A stretch of DNA of 64,000 nucleotides from Blepharisma stoltei ATCC 30299. Its lineage: Eukaryota > Protista > Ciliophora. The number at the start of each line of letters is the position of its first letter. The first letter of the stretch is position 1. The notes beneath the pieces were generated by a model that saw only the letters and a list, made by a program, of their open reading frames with translations, was not told the origin of the DNA and did no database searches. The position numbers and the translations under genes are program-made. Location: the NCBI GenBank assembly GCA_965603825.1, contig CBFDEM010000022.1:248001-312000 (forward strand), written 5' to 3'. This document shows, in pieces, positions 11,778 through 29,977 of this stretch.

Positions 11778-12749
11778 CTACAAGAATTTTAAGTTCTGCA
11801 TTATCGATCTAGAAAACTCGAAGTGCTCACTAGCTGTCATTTCAGCTTGAAGCTGAGGAGTTATGTCAGAAAGAGTGACAGGGTTTCCAAGGACGTTGAA
11901 TTTTTGTAAATTTTCATTGTTTTCGGTAACTTTTTTCCTCTTTTTGTTTCTCCTTTCAAATCTGTGATAATATCTCATTAAGTCTCTGTCAACGTCTTTG
12001 AGCTCTTCAGTGTCATCTCTTTTTTCTTCATCTGCTTCAGGAAGATTGACTGCAATTGTATAGTTTCTAGAGGATCCATCTACAATAGGAGCAGCCCTAT
12101 ATGATTGTGCACGATTTGCAGGTCTTGGCTCATCGATTACGTCAGGCATGATCCCAAAAAATGAAGGCGGCAAGTCAATATTTAGGCAGTTCCTCATTTG
12201 ACTTTCCAATAGCCTAATTTGCTGTATCCCTCTGTCTCTCTGATCGAGTGCTTCTGTGACATTTAAAAGTTTTTGGACTAAAGGTGATCCCTGACAGAAA
12301 TTACATGTAAATCGAGATATAGCCGCATCTTCGACAGAATAATCCCTATGACATTTTTCACATTTATATAGAATTTGCCTTGCATCATCAACCAATTTCT
12401 CGAGGGATTCCTTAAGATCCACAATTCTGCAGCATATCACATTTTTGATATCAGGATTAAACCCCCAATAAACCATTTTCCCAATGTCTGGTCCTCTCGT
12501 AAACATATTTCCGCTTCTTTCCTCATGTCTCCTATCTCTTCTTCCTTCTCTACATATCAAAATGCTGTTTTCCCCCATTTCAATTAAAGCTTGTCTTACT
12601 CTTTTGAAAGGAAGATTTAAAGCTTCCGACATTTGATGTTCCTCAACATTTTTGTAATAAAGAATATAGTCAAGAACTACAATGGCTGCTTCATCATAAA
12701 ATGTGCGAATAACTATCTTGAGAAGGTCTTCAAAAAGCTTTAAAGACAT
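11778..12749 (-). CDS. GTF2E1: Transcription initiation factor IIE alpha subunit
   Basis: N-terminal winged helix (VIRTFYD..IVVLDYIL..EEHQMSEALNL..KRVR) followed by zinc ribbon YKCEKC..FTCNFC. Confidence 0.8.
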   Translation of the reverse strand: MSLKLFEDLLKIVIRTFYDEAAIVVLDYILYYKNVEEHQMSEALNLPFKRVRQALIEMGENSILICREGRRDRRHEERSGNMFTRGPDIGKMVYWGFNPDIKNVICCRIVDLKESLEKLVDDARQILYKCEKCHRDYSVEDAAISRFTCNFCQGSPLVQKLLNVTEALDQRDRGIQQIRLLESQMRNCLNIDLPPSFFGIMPDVIDEPRPANRAQSYRAAPIVDGSSRNYTIAVNLPEADEEKRDDTEELKDVDRDLMRYYHRFERRNKKRKKVTENNENLQKFNVLGNPVTLSDITPQLQAEMTASEHFEFSRSIMQNLKFL

Positions 12750-12779
12750 TTATTATAAGATTTTATTTATTAAATAAAC

Positions 12780-13280
12780 ATGTCAAGTTATATTTTGTTT
12801 GAAGAAAATAACGATGAAACACCAAGTAGGCTGAAATTTAACCCTATGGTCGAAGTCACAGAGTTTGAGCAAGAAGAAAGGGAAAGGGGGGGGATTAGTG
12901 AGATAGATGGAAAAGTTCTAAGAAGCAGCAAACATTATAAGAAGTCTGGAGATTGGCTTAAAGAAAGAGAAAAAGCAATAAGTTTGAATAGGAAAACGAA
13001 AAATTCAGTTAAGGAGAGGGTCAATTCAAAGCTTAAATCGCTGTCTCCTTTAAGAGTTTCAAGCAATTCATGCTATAGGAGAAAAGATAATGTGTCATCT
13101 CGGAGAAGCACAAATTATTCTATTAGGATAAATAGCAAAGGAAAATCAATGGTTCAATCACCAATGCTCAGGACAAGAAAAGGGAGGATGAGGGATTCAA
13201 TAAGGAATAGCATTGCTGCCTTGACTCAAATATATGGGTCTAGAAATTCAAAATGTTCAGAAACTTTTCAAAAATACTAA
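12780..13280 (+). CDS. Hypothetical basic, low-complexity protein
   Basis: 166-aa ATG-TAA ORF with purine-rich coding bias. LKFNPMVEV resembles an RVxF-like motif (weak). Confidence 0.6.
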   Translation: MSSYILFEENNDETPSRLKFNPMVEVTEFEQEERERGGISEIDGKVLRSSKHYKKSGDWLKEREKAISLNRKTKNSVKERVNSKLKSLSPLRVSSNSCYRRKDNVSSRRSTNYSIRINSKGKSMVQSPMLRTRKGRMRDSIRNSIAALTQIYGSRNSKCSETFQKY

Positions 13281-13478
13281 TGAAAAACTACCTAGAATAT
13301 TTGTAACTATTATATAACAGTTTTCAGCATATATTAAATAAACATTTAAGCATATATTTATTAGAAAGTTTATTTTTCAAGCATCTTTACCAAAAAATAC
13401 AATTATTATGTTTTGCATTTTATCATGAAAAGATTTAATTTAATTATCTAAAATTTCACTAAGAACACGAATAAAAAT

Positions 13479-15155
13479 ATGTATAAAAATGTGGAAGATG
13501 CAATTAAAATAGAATCTAATCCTGATTTAGAATTATATTTTCAGTGAGCAAGGGCACATGAAATTAGATGAGATAAAATTGAATATCCTGTCCTTTTCCC
13601 TCCCGGATATATAGGATCTAGAGCCATTGCTTCTATAGAGCCTGAAGAATCGATCATCACAGTTCCTAACAATATGCTGATTACTACCAAAATTGCGTTT
13701 TTAAGCGAAATAAAACACATTTACGAAGAAAATCCAGATTTATTCAGTAAAATCAATCCTCGATACGAAGAGCTTATTTTGATCACTTTTCTAATATGAG
13801 AGAAATGCAAGGGATCTAATTCTGTTTGGTATGAATTCATTATATCTCAGCCTGTGCAAGTTGAAATCTTACAAGATTGGTCTATTGAAGAAATTCAGCA
13901 ACTTCAAGATGAAGATTTAGAATATGAAGTAAAATAAATTTAGTCACAATCACAACTTTCAGCTGAAATAAAGCTGTATTCAGATTGGAAACAAGCAATT
14001 GAAAAATACCCTCAATATTTCCAACCAAACATGCTAGATTATGCAGAATTTAACTGGGCGTATAAGCTCATAGGCACAAGAGCATTCGTAAAATTCGTCC
14101 CGCATTGAACTTTGGCACCAATAGCAGAGCTTCTTAACCATCATAATACAAGTACTTTTTATTGCTACAATTTTCCTAATGAGATCTCAGAATCATTATC
14201 AAGATATAATTACTTTGAAGAAGATGAAGACAATGATGAAGATTTTGCAGAGAAAATTCCTATTACAACAATAAACTGCAAGCAATTATTGTCTATTAAT
14301 AAAGATGGAAATGAAAATATTGATGAATCATTGAGAATAAAATATGAAAAGCTTATAAAAGAAGCTGAAAAAATTGATGATAATGAAAATGATGGAAGTA
14401 AAAAATATATAGAGATGAGAAAAGAAAGATATCAGCAGCCAAATATACTTTTAATAGAAAATGATGAAAAACAGCTGAAAATTGTTGCAGGGCTTAATGA
14501 CAGATATGAAGCTGGCTCAGAGGTATATATGAGTTACGGAAGAGATTCAAACAAAAGGCTTTTATCTGTCTATGGATTTTCTTTGAAAGATAATAAGTAT
14601 AATTATGCAAGAATCAAAGTCAATTTAACTGATCTATCAAGTAATCTGAATCAGATTCAATACATGATAAACTCTAGTCTTGATGGGATTTATGCATTTA
14701 AAATCAGGGAACGTCACTTATGTTTAGGTATTTCATATGCAGATCTTTTAAGAGTTATAAGAGCCCTTAAGTGGAGTAACAAATTCCCAGAAGCGGCTTT
14801 TTTCCTTCCAGCAAGCATTGACTTAGAAATTCAGACATTTGAGTATGCAAAAAATATTCTAAATAGATGAATCTCTCGTTATCCCACAACATATGAGCGT
14901 GATTTGGAGCTTCTTCAAGAAAACCCACCATTAAAACTGTATTTTGCTGTAAAGGATAATTAGTTAGTATATAGAAGTGAAGTCAAAAAAATATTGCTGA
15001 AGCAGATGCAGTTAATAGACATTATAATGAGACTCCTAATGAAATTAAAAATAGGAGCTGAAATAGAGCAAGCGTTAAATGAAGAACTCGAGAACTCTGA
15101 AGATGGATTAGGAAACAAAAGAGTTATTGAGGTATATTTAGATATGCTGAAATAA
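13479..15155 (+). CDS. SET-domain protein lysine methyltransferase, Rubisco-LSMT/SETD3/SETD6 type
   Basis: Introns 13929-13943, 14949-14963 and probably 14728-14742, plus five TGA=W. Motifs GSRAIASI..IITVP, FNWAY..IGTRAF, LAPIAELLNH, GSEVYMSYG..SNKRLLSVYGF, YPTTYERDL. Confidence 0.85.
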
Positions 15156-15277
15156 TTAGACAAAAACATAGGCATAATAGATCTTTTAACTATATTAATA
15201 AGAAAATTTTTTTAGGCATCCCATAAAAGAAGCTTTAAAACTTATTATACAAATTTGCTTTACTCCTCTATTTATAA

Positions 15278-22177
<6,900 letters not shown>

Positions 22178-22242
22178 ATAATTTAGGTAAATAATTTATT
22201 TCAGGAATTTTAATTTTATAATAAGAAAAATGCTAATATTTA

Positions 22243-23574
22243 TTAAACATCCTTTTTTTGCCCATTTTCCGTAAGTCTTCGATACTCTTCTTTGAGAGCA
22301 GCAATCGTCTGCTCATTTTTATAAGTATTAAATGCAATTTCAGAAATCTGCCTCTTGATATTATCCAAATCTCTTTTGAATTGGAATCTGAGAGAAAAGC
22401 TTGGGTCAGTTTCATCAGCAGTCTGAACTCCTTGAGAAATCATGTCAGCTGAAAACTGAGTCCCAGAATCCAGCTCTATATTCATCCCTTTTTCTTGTCC
22501 ACTGTCTTCACATGTCGTCTCTGAGCTTATCTCTTTCCTTTTCTTATATTTTTTCTTAGGAATGGTTTGATCTTGAAACGAACCAACAACCAAGCCTGTA
22601 ATGAAATCATTCTCTTCTGATGTCAAGTCACATGTTTTTATTTGAAGCCACATCCAAGAATGAAGCTTAATTTCATCTAAATTTGTATACCCAGTGCAAA
22701 GGTCAACTGGGAACTCAACATACTGCCCATCGGTGGTATTCCCTTTAAAAGCCCATTTACACGACAAAAACCCTACATTGAACACTGAAACTGGTGCTCT
22801 ACACTCTCTACAGACACAACTTTGAGCTTCGTTTAGGTATTCAAATGTCCCTCCATTGCCTAAATACACAAACTCTTTGGCTTTCAAAAGGGAGCAGGAA
22901 GGGTTTGTGCATTTTATCTCAAAATAGCAGCCAGCACTGATTGGCTGTTTTTGAGTAATTTTTAAGGAGGAATTAGATTTTACCTCATCAAAGGTAATTT
23001 CTATATTGTGGTCCGCAATAAAATTCTCCTTTTTGGAATTCACAGTATCTTTAATGCTGATACAACTTCTGATGAAGGAGATAAAATGTCGGGTTTTTTG
23101 GTCCTCATCACCAGCCTCAAGAGAAGGCTCATAAATGCTAAGTCAATGGCTCATAGTTTCTCGGAAGATGGATTTAGACAGAAGTCTATCAAGAAACTCA
23201 TAAGACATCGATTTAAAGCGCTCATCGGAATAGACATTGTCTGGGTTCAAGGTCTTAATCCAGTTCCAGAATTTAATTTCCTTCGGATCTGTTCGCATTT
23301 GCTTGGCATTCCATGCGAAAAAGTTCCTGAGGATCTTTTTCCTTTGGTGTTCTTTCTCCTTTGGCCCTACTTTTGAGAGCAGAGTTTTCTCCATAAGTCT
23401 TTTCTCCTGCCTATATGAAAATTACGCTTGGATTTTATTTCGAGGACACGAACGATAGTAATGCCCCAAGTTCGAGAGCTCCGCCTCGGTCTTAATTTGG
23501 AATTCTGACGAAATTTCTTTGGTTTTTTCGTCCTTAACCACAGTCATGGCTGCTTGAGAATTTGCTCCAATCAT
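22243..23574 (-). CDS. Hypothetical protein with Cys-rich putative zinc-binding domain and C-terminal coiled coil
   Basis: 15-nt intron 23411-23425 (gtaattttcatatag on minus) and TGA at 23143-23145 join three ORFs. GCYFEIKCTNPSC...CVCREC..VGFLSCKWAFKG. Confidence 0.75.
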
Positions 23575-23736
23575 ATTTATATGTCGTAATTTTCGCCAGT
23601 CACTGGCTATTAACTTAAGGGATTTAAATTGGATTTTAATTGTTTGCAATTCTTTGAAGAAAAATTAAGAAAATAAGTGCTTGGAAATAAAATAAAAAAT
23701 ACATTAGGCTTAAATTATTATATGTAAAAAATCTAA

Positions 23737-23834
23737 TTATGGAACAAAAAAAGAATAAAGCGGTTACGGTATTTTTGAAGTGATTATAGATCAAAAAGCT
23801 AAGTATTTAGAATAAATAAATATTTGTTCCATAA
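23737..23834. repeat. Perfect 12-bp inverted repeat (ttatggaacaaa ... tttgttccataa) enclosing a TA-bounded segment
   Basis: Arms at 23737-23748 and 23823-23834, read directly. Confidence 0.6.
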
Positions 23835-25111
23835 GGTTTTATATATAATTATTCAGAATTTCAAAAATTTTTGATTTGATAGTTCTGCTTTATCTACTAT
23901 CTACGTAATTAAAAGCCTTATAAGATCTACATTAGTCTAATCTATCAAAAGCTCTTTAAGAGCATTATTCAATAGTTTAAAAGAAGCATCTATTTAAATG
24001 CTAGAGATTGCAATAGCCATAACTAATCCATATTGTTTTGCTATGCTCTTCATATATTTTTGAAACTCTCATAAGACAATACAGAATTTTAATTTAAATT
24101 TTATATGAATTGAAGTATAATGGAGATATAGTCATCAATTTGAAGCCAATTATTCTAATTTAAAGAAATAGCTTAAGTATCGGTTAATTTTCCTAAATTT
24201 ATACTAATAAGCTCCATCCCTTTTTAAAATTAATTGAAAAGAATTTTTAAATATAAAAACCTCTTCAAGTTAAACTTACTAATAAAATTATGTTTAATAA
24301 AGAATAGTTTTTATTTAAGATGAGTTATTAATATTCTCCGTCTATTTCAACTTTTCAGAAAGTATATAATTAATAAAAATTTATGATAATTAAAATACCA
24401 ATTCGAATTAAATGCAACTATTATGATATTAAGAATAAATATAAAGTATATGCAATTTAATTAATTATTATGAATTTTAAAAAGGATTAAAATCTTATAA
24501 TGCCAAAAATTTAAGATTACTTTATCAACAAATTTATAAGGTTAAAGTGAAGGCATTCAGATACTAATCTCTGGTATTTGCACATTATTAAATTTATAAA
24601 ATTTCAATGGTTTAATCATTTTGATCTTTTCATCATGATCCACATTTTTCAAAATATTATAATATTTTTGATTTAATATACTAATAGATAGATAGCAATG
24701 AGTCTTAAAGTCTTTTTCTATATTATTTTGTTAATCTTATACCAATAATTCGCAAATATATTAAAAAGTAATCTTGTCTGATATTTTAATAAAAGCTAAA
24801 TATCTATTTGATTAATAGTTTATAAATGTTAGATAATAATTGTGAAGTCATTTTAGGATTATTTAAGAAAATCATCATCTCTTGTGCCTCAAATTTTTAT
24901 ACTATTTTCTCAAATCTTTTAATATTAAGAATAATGACGTATAAATGCCTATAATAGATATCAGATATTAATTTTTCTTTTAAAAATAAACTTTAATCCT
25001 ATCATTTATCATCAATTTTTTACCTATTCACTATCTATTTGATCTTATTAGCATCCACCTTTCTTGCCAAATTATTTTTTAATCATCCAAAATCCTCTTT
25101 ATTTAGATTAT

Positions 25112-26200
25112 ATGGCGTCTTTTCTCAGACATCAAACAGCATTATCTCCAAGTGCCCGTGGCAGTATCCGCTCAGGAGCTTCAGGCAGACACCATTCAAA
25201 GACTCTCCAATCTGCCCCTCACGGTAGTTCTGCTTTTTCTCGTATTTTTAGTGCAAAAAATATAACAAGCAACATTTTACCAAATTTCATGGTTTCAGAT
25301 CAAACAAAGAAAGGCCTGACTGAAGAAGAGCTTCAGAAGTTTAACCTAATGAACGCTATGTATTCAAACCCTCAAGAATCATTATCAAGGACGCAAGTAA
25401 TTTTCGAATCTCGGGAATCTCTAGGCAGATGTGCAACTGAAGGCGATCTTAAAGCAGATCTCCTAGCTCCAGAACCAGCCCAACGACAAAGTTTACCTAT
25501 TAATAATCGATTAAAGATAAGCACAGAAAAAATTGAAGAAATCAAAAAAATTGAAAAGGTTACTAGGGATATTTTTAACCCTACCCTTAAGCCCAGCGAA
25601 ACTATATTGTCGATAAGGAAAAGAGAGCTAAAGAGAGAGGACCTTGTTAAACTTAAAGAAGGCGTTGATTTACCTGAATGCATTGTGGATTGCTATTTAT
25701 CTATTCTTAAACACACAAATAGCTTGAGAATTAGATATACTCCAGGCGCTTTAAGGGTGCTAATTGCGAGCGCTAGTTTTAGCTCGATGGTATTTTTGAA
25801 AGGAAGAGAAATAGCACAGCCTAAATCAAACGTGTTTAAATACGATTTTTTATTGTTTCCAATCTTTGTAGGGTACTGAACACTTTTGATAGTGGATATG
25901 AAAAGAATGACAGTAAAGTATTATGATCCAGTTAAGGAGCATAAAACAGTTTCCATTGTAATGACAAGGCTAACAAAATTCATTCAAAAAGCAGCGCCAC
26001 GAGAGGACCAAAGAGTAAACACTAATTTTCAATTTATCCCAACACCAGTGCCAAATATCCATTTTACAGACAGCGGAGTATTTGTTTGCACCGAAGCAGA
26101 AAATATTGCATGCGGGAAAAATAATAAGGTTACTAAAGAATCAACAGATAATTATAGGAAAGATATGCTAGCAGCGCTAGTAAAAGCATCAAGCATATAA
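25112..26200 (+). CDS. Ulp1/SENP (peptidase C48)-like protein, catalytic residues substituted (gene A)
   Basis: TGA at 25877 = W. LKREDLVKLKEG..IVDCYL, FLLFPIFVGYWTLLIVD..VKYYDP, TDSGVFVC. The family HW and DCG motifs appear as YW and DSG. Confidence 0.8.
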
Positions 26201-26428
26201 TGAATGAAAGTATGTTATTTAATCAAACTATGCAAATAATAATTTTTAAAAGTAAAAATGAACTATTTGGGTTAGGAAACAAATTAAAAGTAAAACTCTT
26301 AAAAGTTACAGCAAAATATAAAAATTTGATAATTCGTATAAAAAATCCTATTTTGATTGTTAACTATGTAGATATATCCATTAAAAAATGATGGAGAATC
26401 ATTTAAGATATCAATAAACATATATTTC

Positions 26429-28361
26429 ATGGAAAGAAAATTTCATGAAGGGCAGTTAGTCTGGGCAAAAGTTGAAAGCCATCCTTGGTGGCCTGCAATC
26501 GTAAATTTTATTAAAGATTGATAGCATAGAAGAAAATAATCCTTCTGAGTTCGATGAAGTGCAAGAATTGAAAGGTACTATCACCGTCAATTTAATAGGC
26601 GAAAACAAATAGTAATTTATATGCAGCGCACACCTGTCTCCTGCAGAAATTGCTGATTATGAAGAAGCATATCGATTGCATTCCAATGCAAATGATGAGG
26701 TAAGGATTACCTAGAAACTTAAAAATTGTATCATAATTGCTAATAAATTTTTGGCAAAAGAAATTGACATCGCAAACCTTGAAGAAGTCAATACAAATTT
26801 GATTGCATTTTTACAGAAAAAGAAAGGGACACAAGAAGCGAGAGATCACGCGATTTCAGACGATGAAATCAAAAGAGTTGTAAAAGAAATAAATAAACAT
26901 TTAGACTCAAAAATAGCACTTAATGAACGGACAACAGATCTCAGTGGGCTATGTAGTAATTCTGATGCAATTAGACATAAACTTGAAGAATTCATGAAGC
27001 TTCTCACAATTTTTATTGACCATGCAGAGTCCACTTCACACTTTTTACCGGCCCTTGAGCTTTGCAACTGTCTATCATTTATTGTCCAAATAATCCCTGA
27101 CTCTTCACTATTAGAGGCTTCAAAAATCTTAAAATGCATTAAAACCTTTAAGAACAAACTCAAAGAAAGCTCAAATAGTCTTCTTAAATTTGTTTCACAT
27201 ATATGCCACAAACTTTATTTATTTTGGAAAAAAAGCTTAATTAATGCAAGTATTAAAAGCCTAGTTACTTCAGATAGGCAACAAATAAATAGACCAGATG
27301 AACAAGAAGCTTCATGGTCTTCTAGAAATTCAGCTTTTTCATCAAATTCCCATCAGGGACAAACGAAGAAAGTGCTTACTGGAGAGGACGTGAGAAAGTT
27401 TAATATGATGAACTCACTTAATGCAAATTCTCAAGAGCTTTTGAGAAGATATAAGTCTGGCACAAGCCCTTTGGCTGCTGCTTCACGTTTCCCTATGAGT
27501 CCAAGAGGGGAAAGAAAACCAAAAACAATGCCATTTACAGAGTCTCCTAGAAATAGTCTGGGTGATGCAAGATTTCTCAATTCCAGTTATTCTGATAAGC
27601 AGCTATTGCGACCCTCCAGTCCGAAAAGCTACACACGACAAAATGATCCCAGCTCTCCAAATGACATGATTTTAGTAATAGAATCAGACTCCCCAGAAGA
27701 AAACAAAAGGATTGAAGGAGTTGATAGAACCCACGATACCTCACAAATCCAAGAAGCACTATTAGCAATTCGCAAAAGGGAGTTAAAACGAGATGATCTC
27801 TCAAGATTGAGGGAGGGACAAGAATTGCCTGAAAGTTTAGTAGACTGCTACTTATCAATACTTAAGCATACCAACAGCTTAAGAGTCAGATATACTCCAG
27901 GTGCACCAAAAATTATGATTGCAAGTTCGAGCATAAGTAAAATGATTTTTATGAAAGGAAAAGAAATTTCTCAGCCAGAGCCAAAAATATTTAAGCATGA
28001 TTTTTTAATATTTCCAATTAACACAGGCTATTGGACACTACTGATTGTTGATTTGAAAAATGTGGTCGTTAAATACTGTGATCCTGCTAAAGAGCATAGA
28101 TCGATCTCAGTGCTAATAGGGAAATTGGCGAGATTTATACAGAAAGCGACTCCAAAAGATTTGCCTAAGGTAAATACTAATTATCAGTTTGTGGCCACAC
28201 CAGTGCCTGATATCAATAGAGATGACACTGGAATTTATATTTGCAATGAAGTCGAAAATCTAGCTTGTGGAAAGCAAAATATAATAAATAGAGAAACGGG
28301 TGATAATTATAGAAAAAGCATGCTTCTTTCGCTTGTTAAAGCTTCAGGAGCAGGCGTATAA
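26429..28361 (+). CDS. PWWP domain, helical domain and inactive Ulp1/SENP-like domain (chimeric gene B)
   Basis: Introns 26501-26516 (16 nt), 26612-26626 and 26700-26714. GQLVWAKVESHPWWPAI. C-terminus is paralogous to gene A (GYWTLLIVD, DDTGIYIC). Confidence 0.85.
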
Positions 28362-28449
28362 GCAGAAAAGTGGCTATTAAGTATTTTTATTTATTTTTAA
28401 GATAATAGTGTCCCAGGTTAAAAATGATGAGTTAATATAGATTCTTAAA

Positions 28450-29784
28450 ATGGAACGAAAGTTCTATAATGGGCAGTTGGTTTGGGCAAAAATAAAAACT
28501 TATCCATGGTGGCCAGCCATTGTATTATTAAATTAGGTTGGTAAAGTTGAACAAATAAATTTAGCAGAAACAGATGAAGAGCCCGAATATCAAGATGAAA
28601 TTACTGTTAATTTTATAGGTGAGAACACACAGTAATATCTATGCAGCGCTGCATTAGACACAAAAGAGGTTATGGATTATGAAGAAAACTACAAGCAATA
28701 CAGCAACGTGAAGCAAAAAGTATTTATTATTTAGAAACTTAAAAATTGCATTTTGATTGCTGATAAATTTTTATCAAAAGAACTCGATATTTCAGACTTA
28801 GTGGAAATAAATAGCCATTTATCGGATTATGTAGAAAAGTTCATTCCAAAATCAGATGAATCTGAACCTTCCTCTTCTCAGTCTGAGTCTGAATCTGAAG
28901 ATGAGCCAGAGCCGAAAAAAATCCAAAAAATTGATGAACCAGAAAACAATGGTAAAAATAGATTAAAAGAAGTTAGCAAACAGCTAGAGTCAAAAATTTC
29001 TCTGAGTGGAAAAGCAGCTGAGAATAGCCGTAAAAGAGAATTTGACAATATTAGTGCAAAAATCAACGATCTACGAAAAGGGCTATGCACCTATTTAAAT
29101 GATGATGAGGAAACTAAAGAGCCACTTTGTCCAATAAATGATATTTGTGATTATTTATCTTATTTAATTCAAAATACTCCTGATAGCTCGTTATTGGAAT
29201 CTTCAAAAATTTTAAAAGCTTTTAAGCTTTTTAAATCAGATCATATTAGCAGTCCAAATCAAAATTTAAGGTCTTTATCTGATATTTGTTACAAGCTGTA
29301 TTTATTTTGAAAAAGACATATTATTAACGAAAGCATTAAAAGCTTAATTGCTTCTCCAGTAAAAGCATCTTCAGCTAAAGCTTCTCCAGCTAAGTCTTCT
29401 CCTACTAAAGCTTCTTCAAAACCTAAGTCACAAGAAAAAAAATATACGCCAAAAAAGGCACCTGCAAAAAAAAACTCTAAAAAATCTCCTAAAAAAGTGG
29501 AAAAAGAAGAAGCAAAGCAAACCCATAAACCTTCATCCATTGGTACTACAGATTTTGAATTAAGAAAAAAAGTATGCAGAAAAATCGCCAAAATAATTGA
29601 AGATAGAGGGATCCCCAAAAATCAGTCTCAAGATCATGCACTTGAATTAGAAAAAATTATAAGGGCAAAGGATCCACATATGAAAGAGAAATATGTTGAA
29701 GCTTTTAAAGAGCTAAGAAAAAAGCTAACGAATGAAGGAAGAGATATTAGTGATATTATAAAAGAGTGTGAGAGGGATTTATAA
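28450..29784 (+). CDS. PWWP domain protein with SPxK-rich basic linker and TFIIS-central-like C-terminal helices (gene C)
   Basis: Introns 28522-28536, 28632-28646 and 28720-28734; TGA at 29308 = W. GQLVWAKIKTYPWWPAI; SPVK/SPAK/SPTK/SPKK; LRKKVCRKI..ALELEKII..KY. Confidence 0.85.
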
Positions 29785-29977
29785 TAATTAAGTATTTTAT
29801 TGCGGGGTAATTTTGCATTATATAAGGAGGTAAGCATCAATAGTTAATCCAATTTTTATTTTTCTTTTGTCTATGATCAGAATAGAATTCCAGCTAAAAT
29901 AAGATTAAATAATAATTTGCTTCCTTTATTAATTGAATTTACTGGATTGTTTGACATTAATTATAGTGAGTAAAACA

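Noticed and set aside
26200-26391. 63-aa ORF between genes A and B
   Set aside because: Very AT-rich spacer that overlaps the stop of A and has no recognisable motif.
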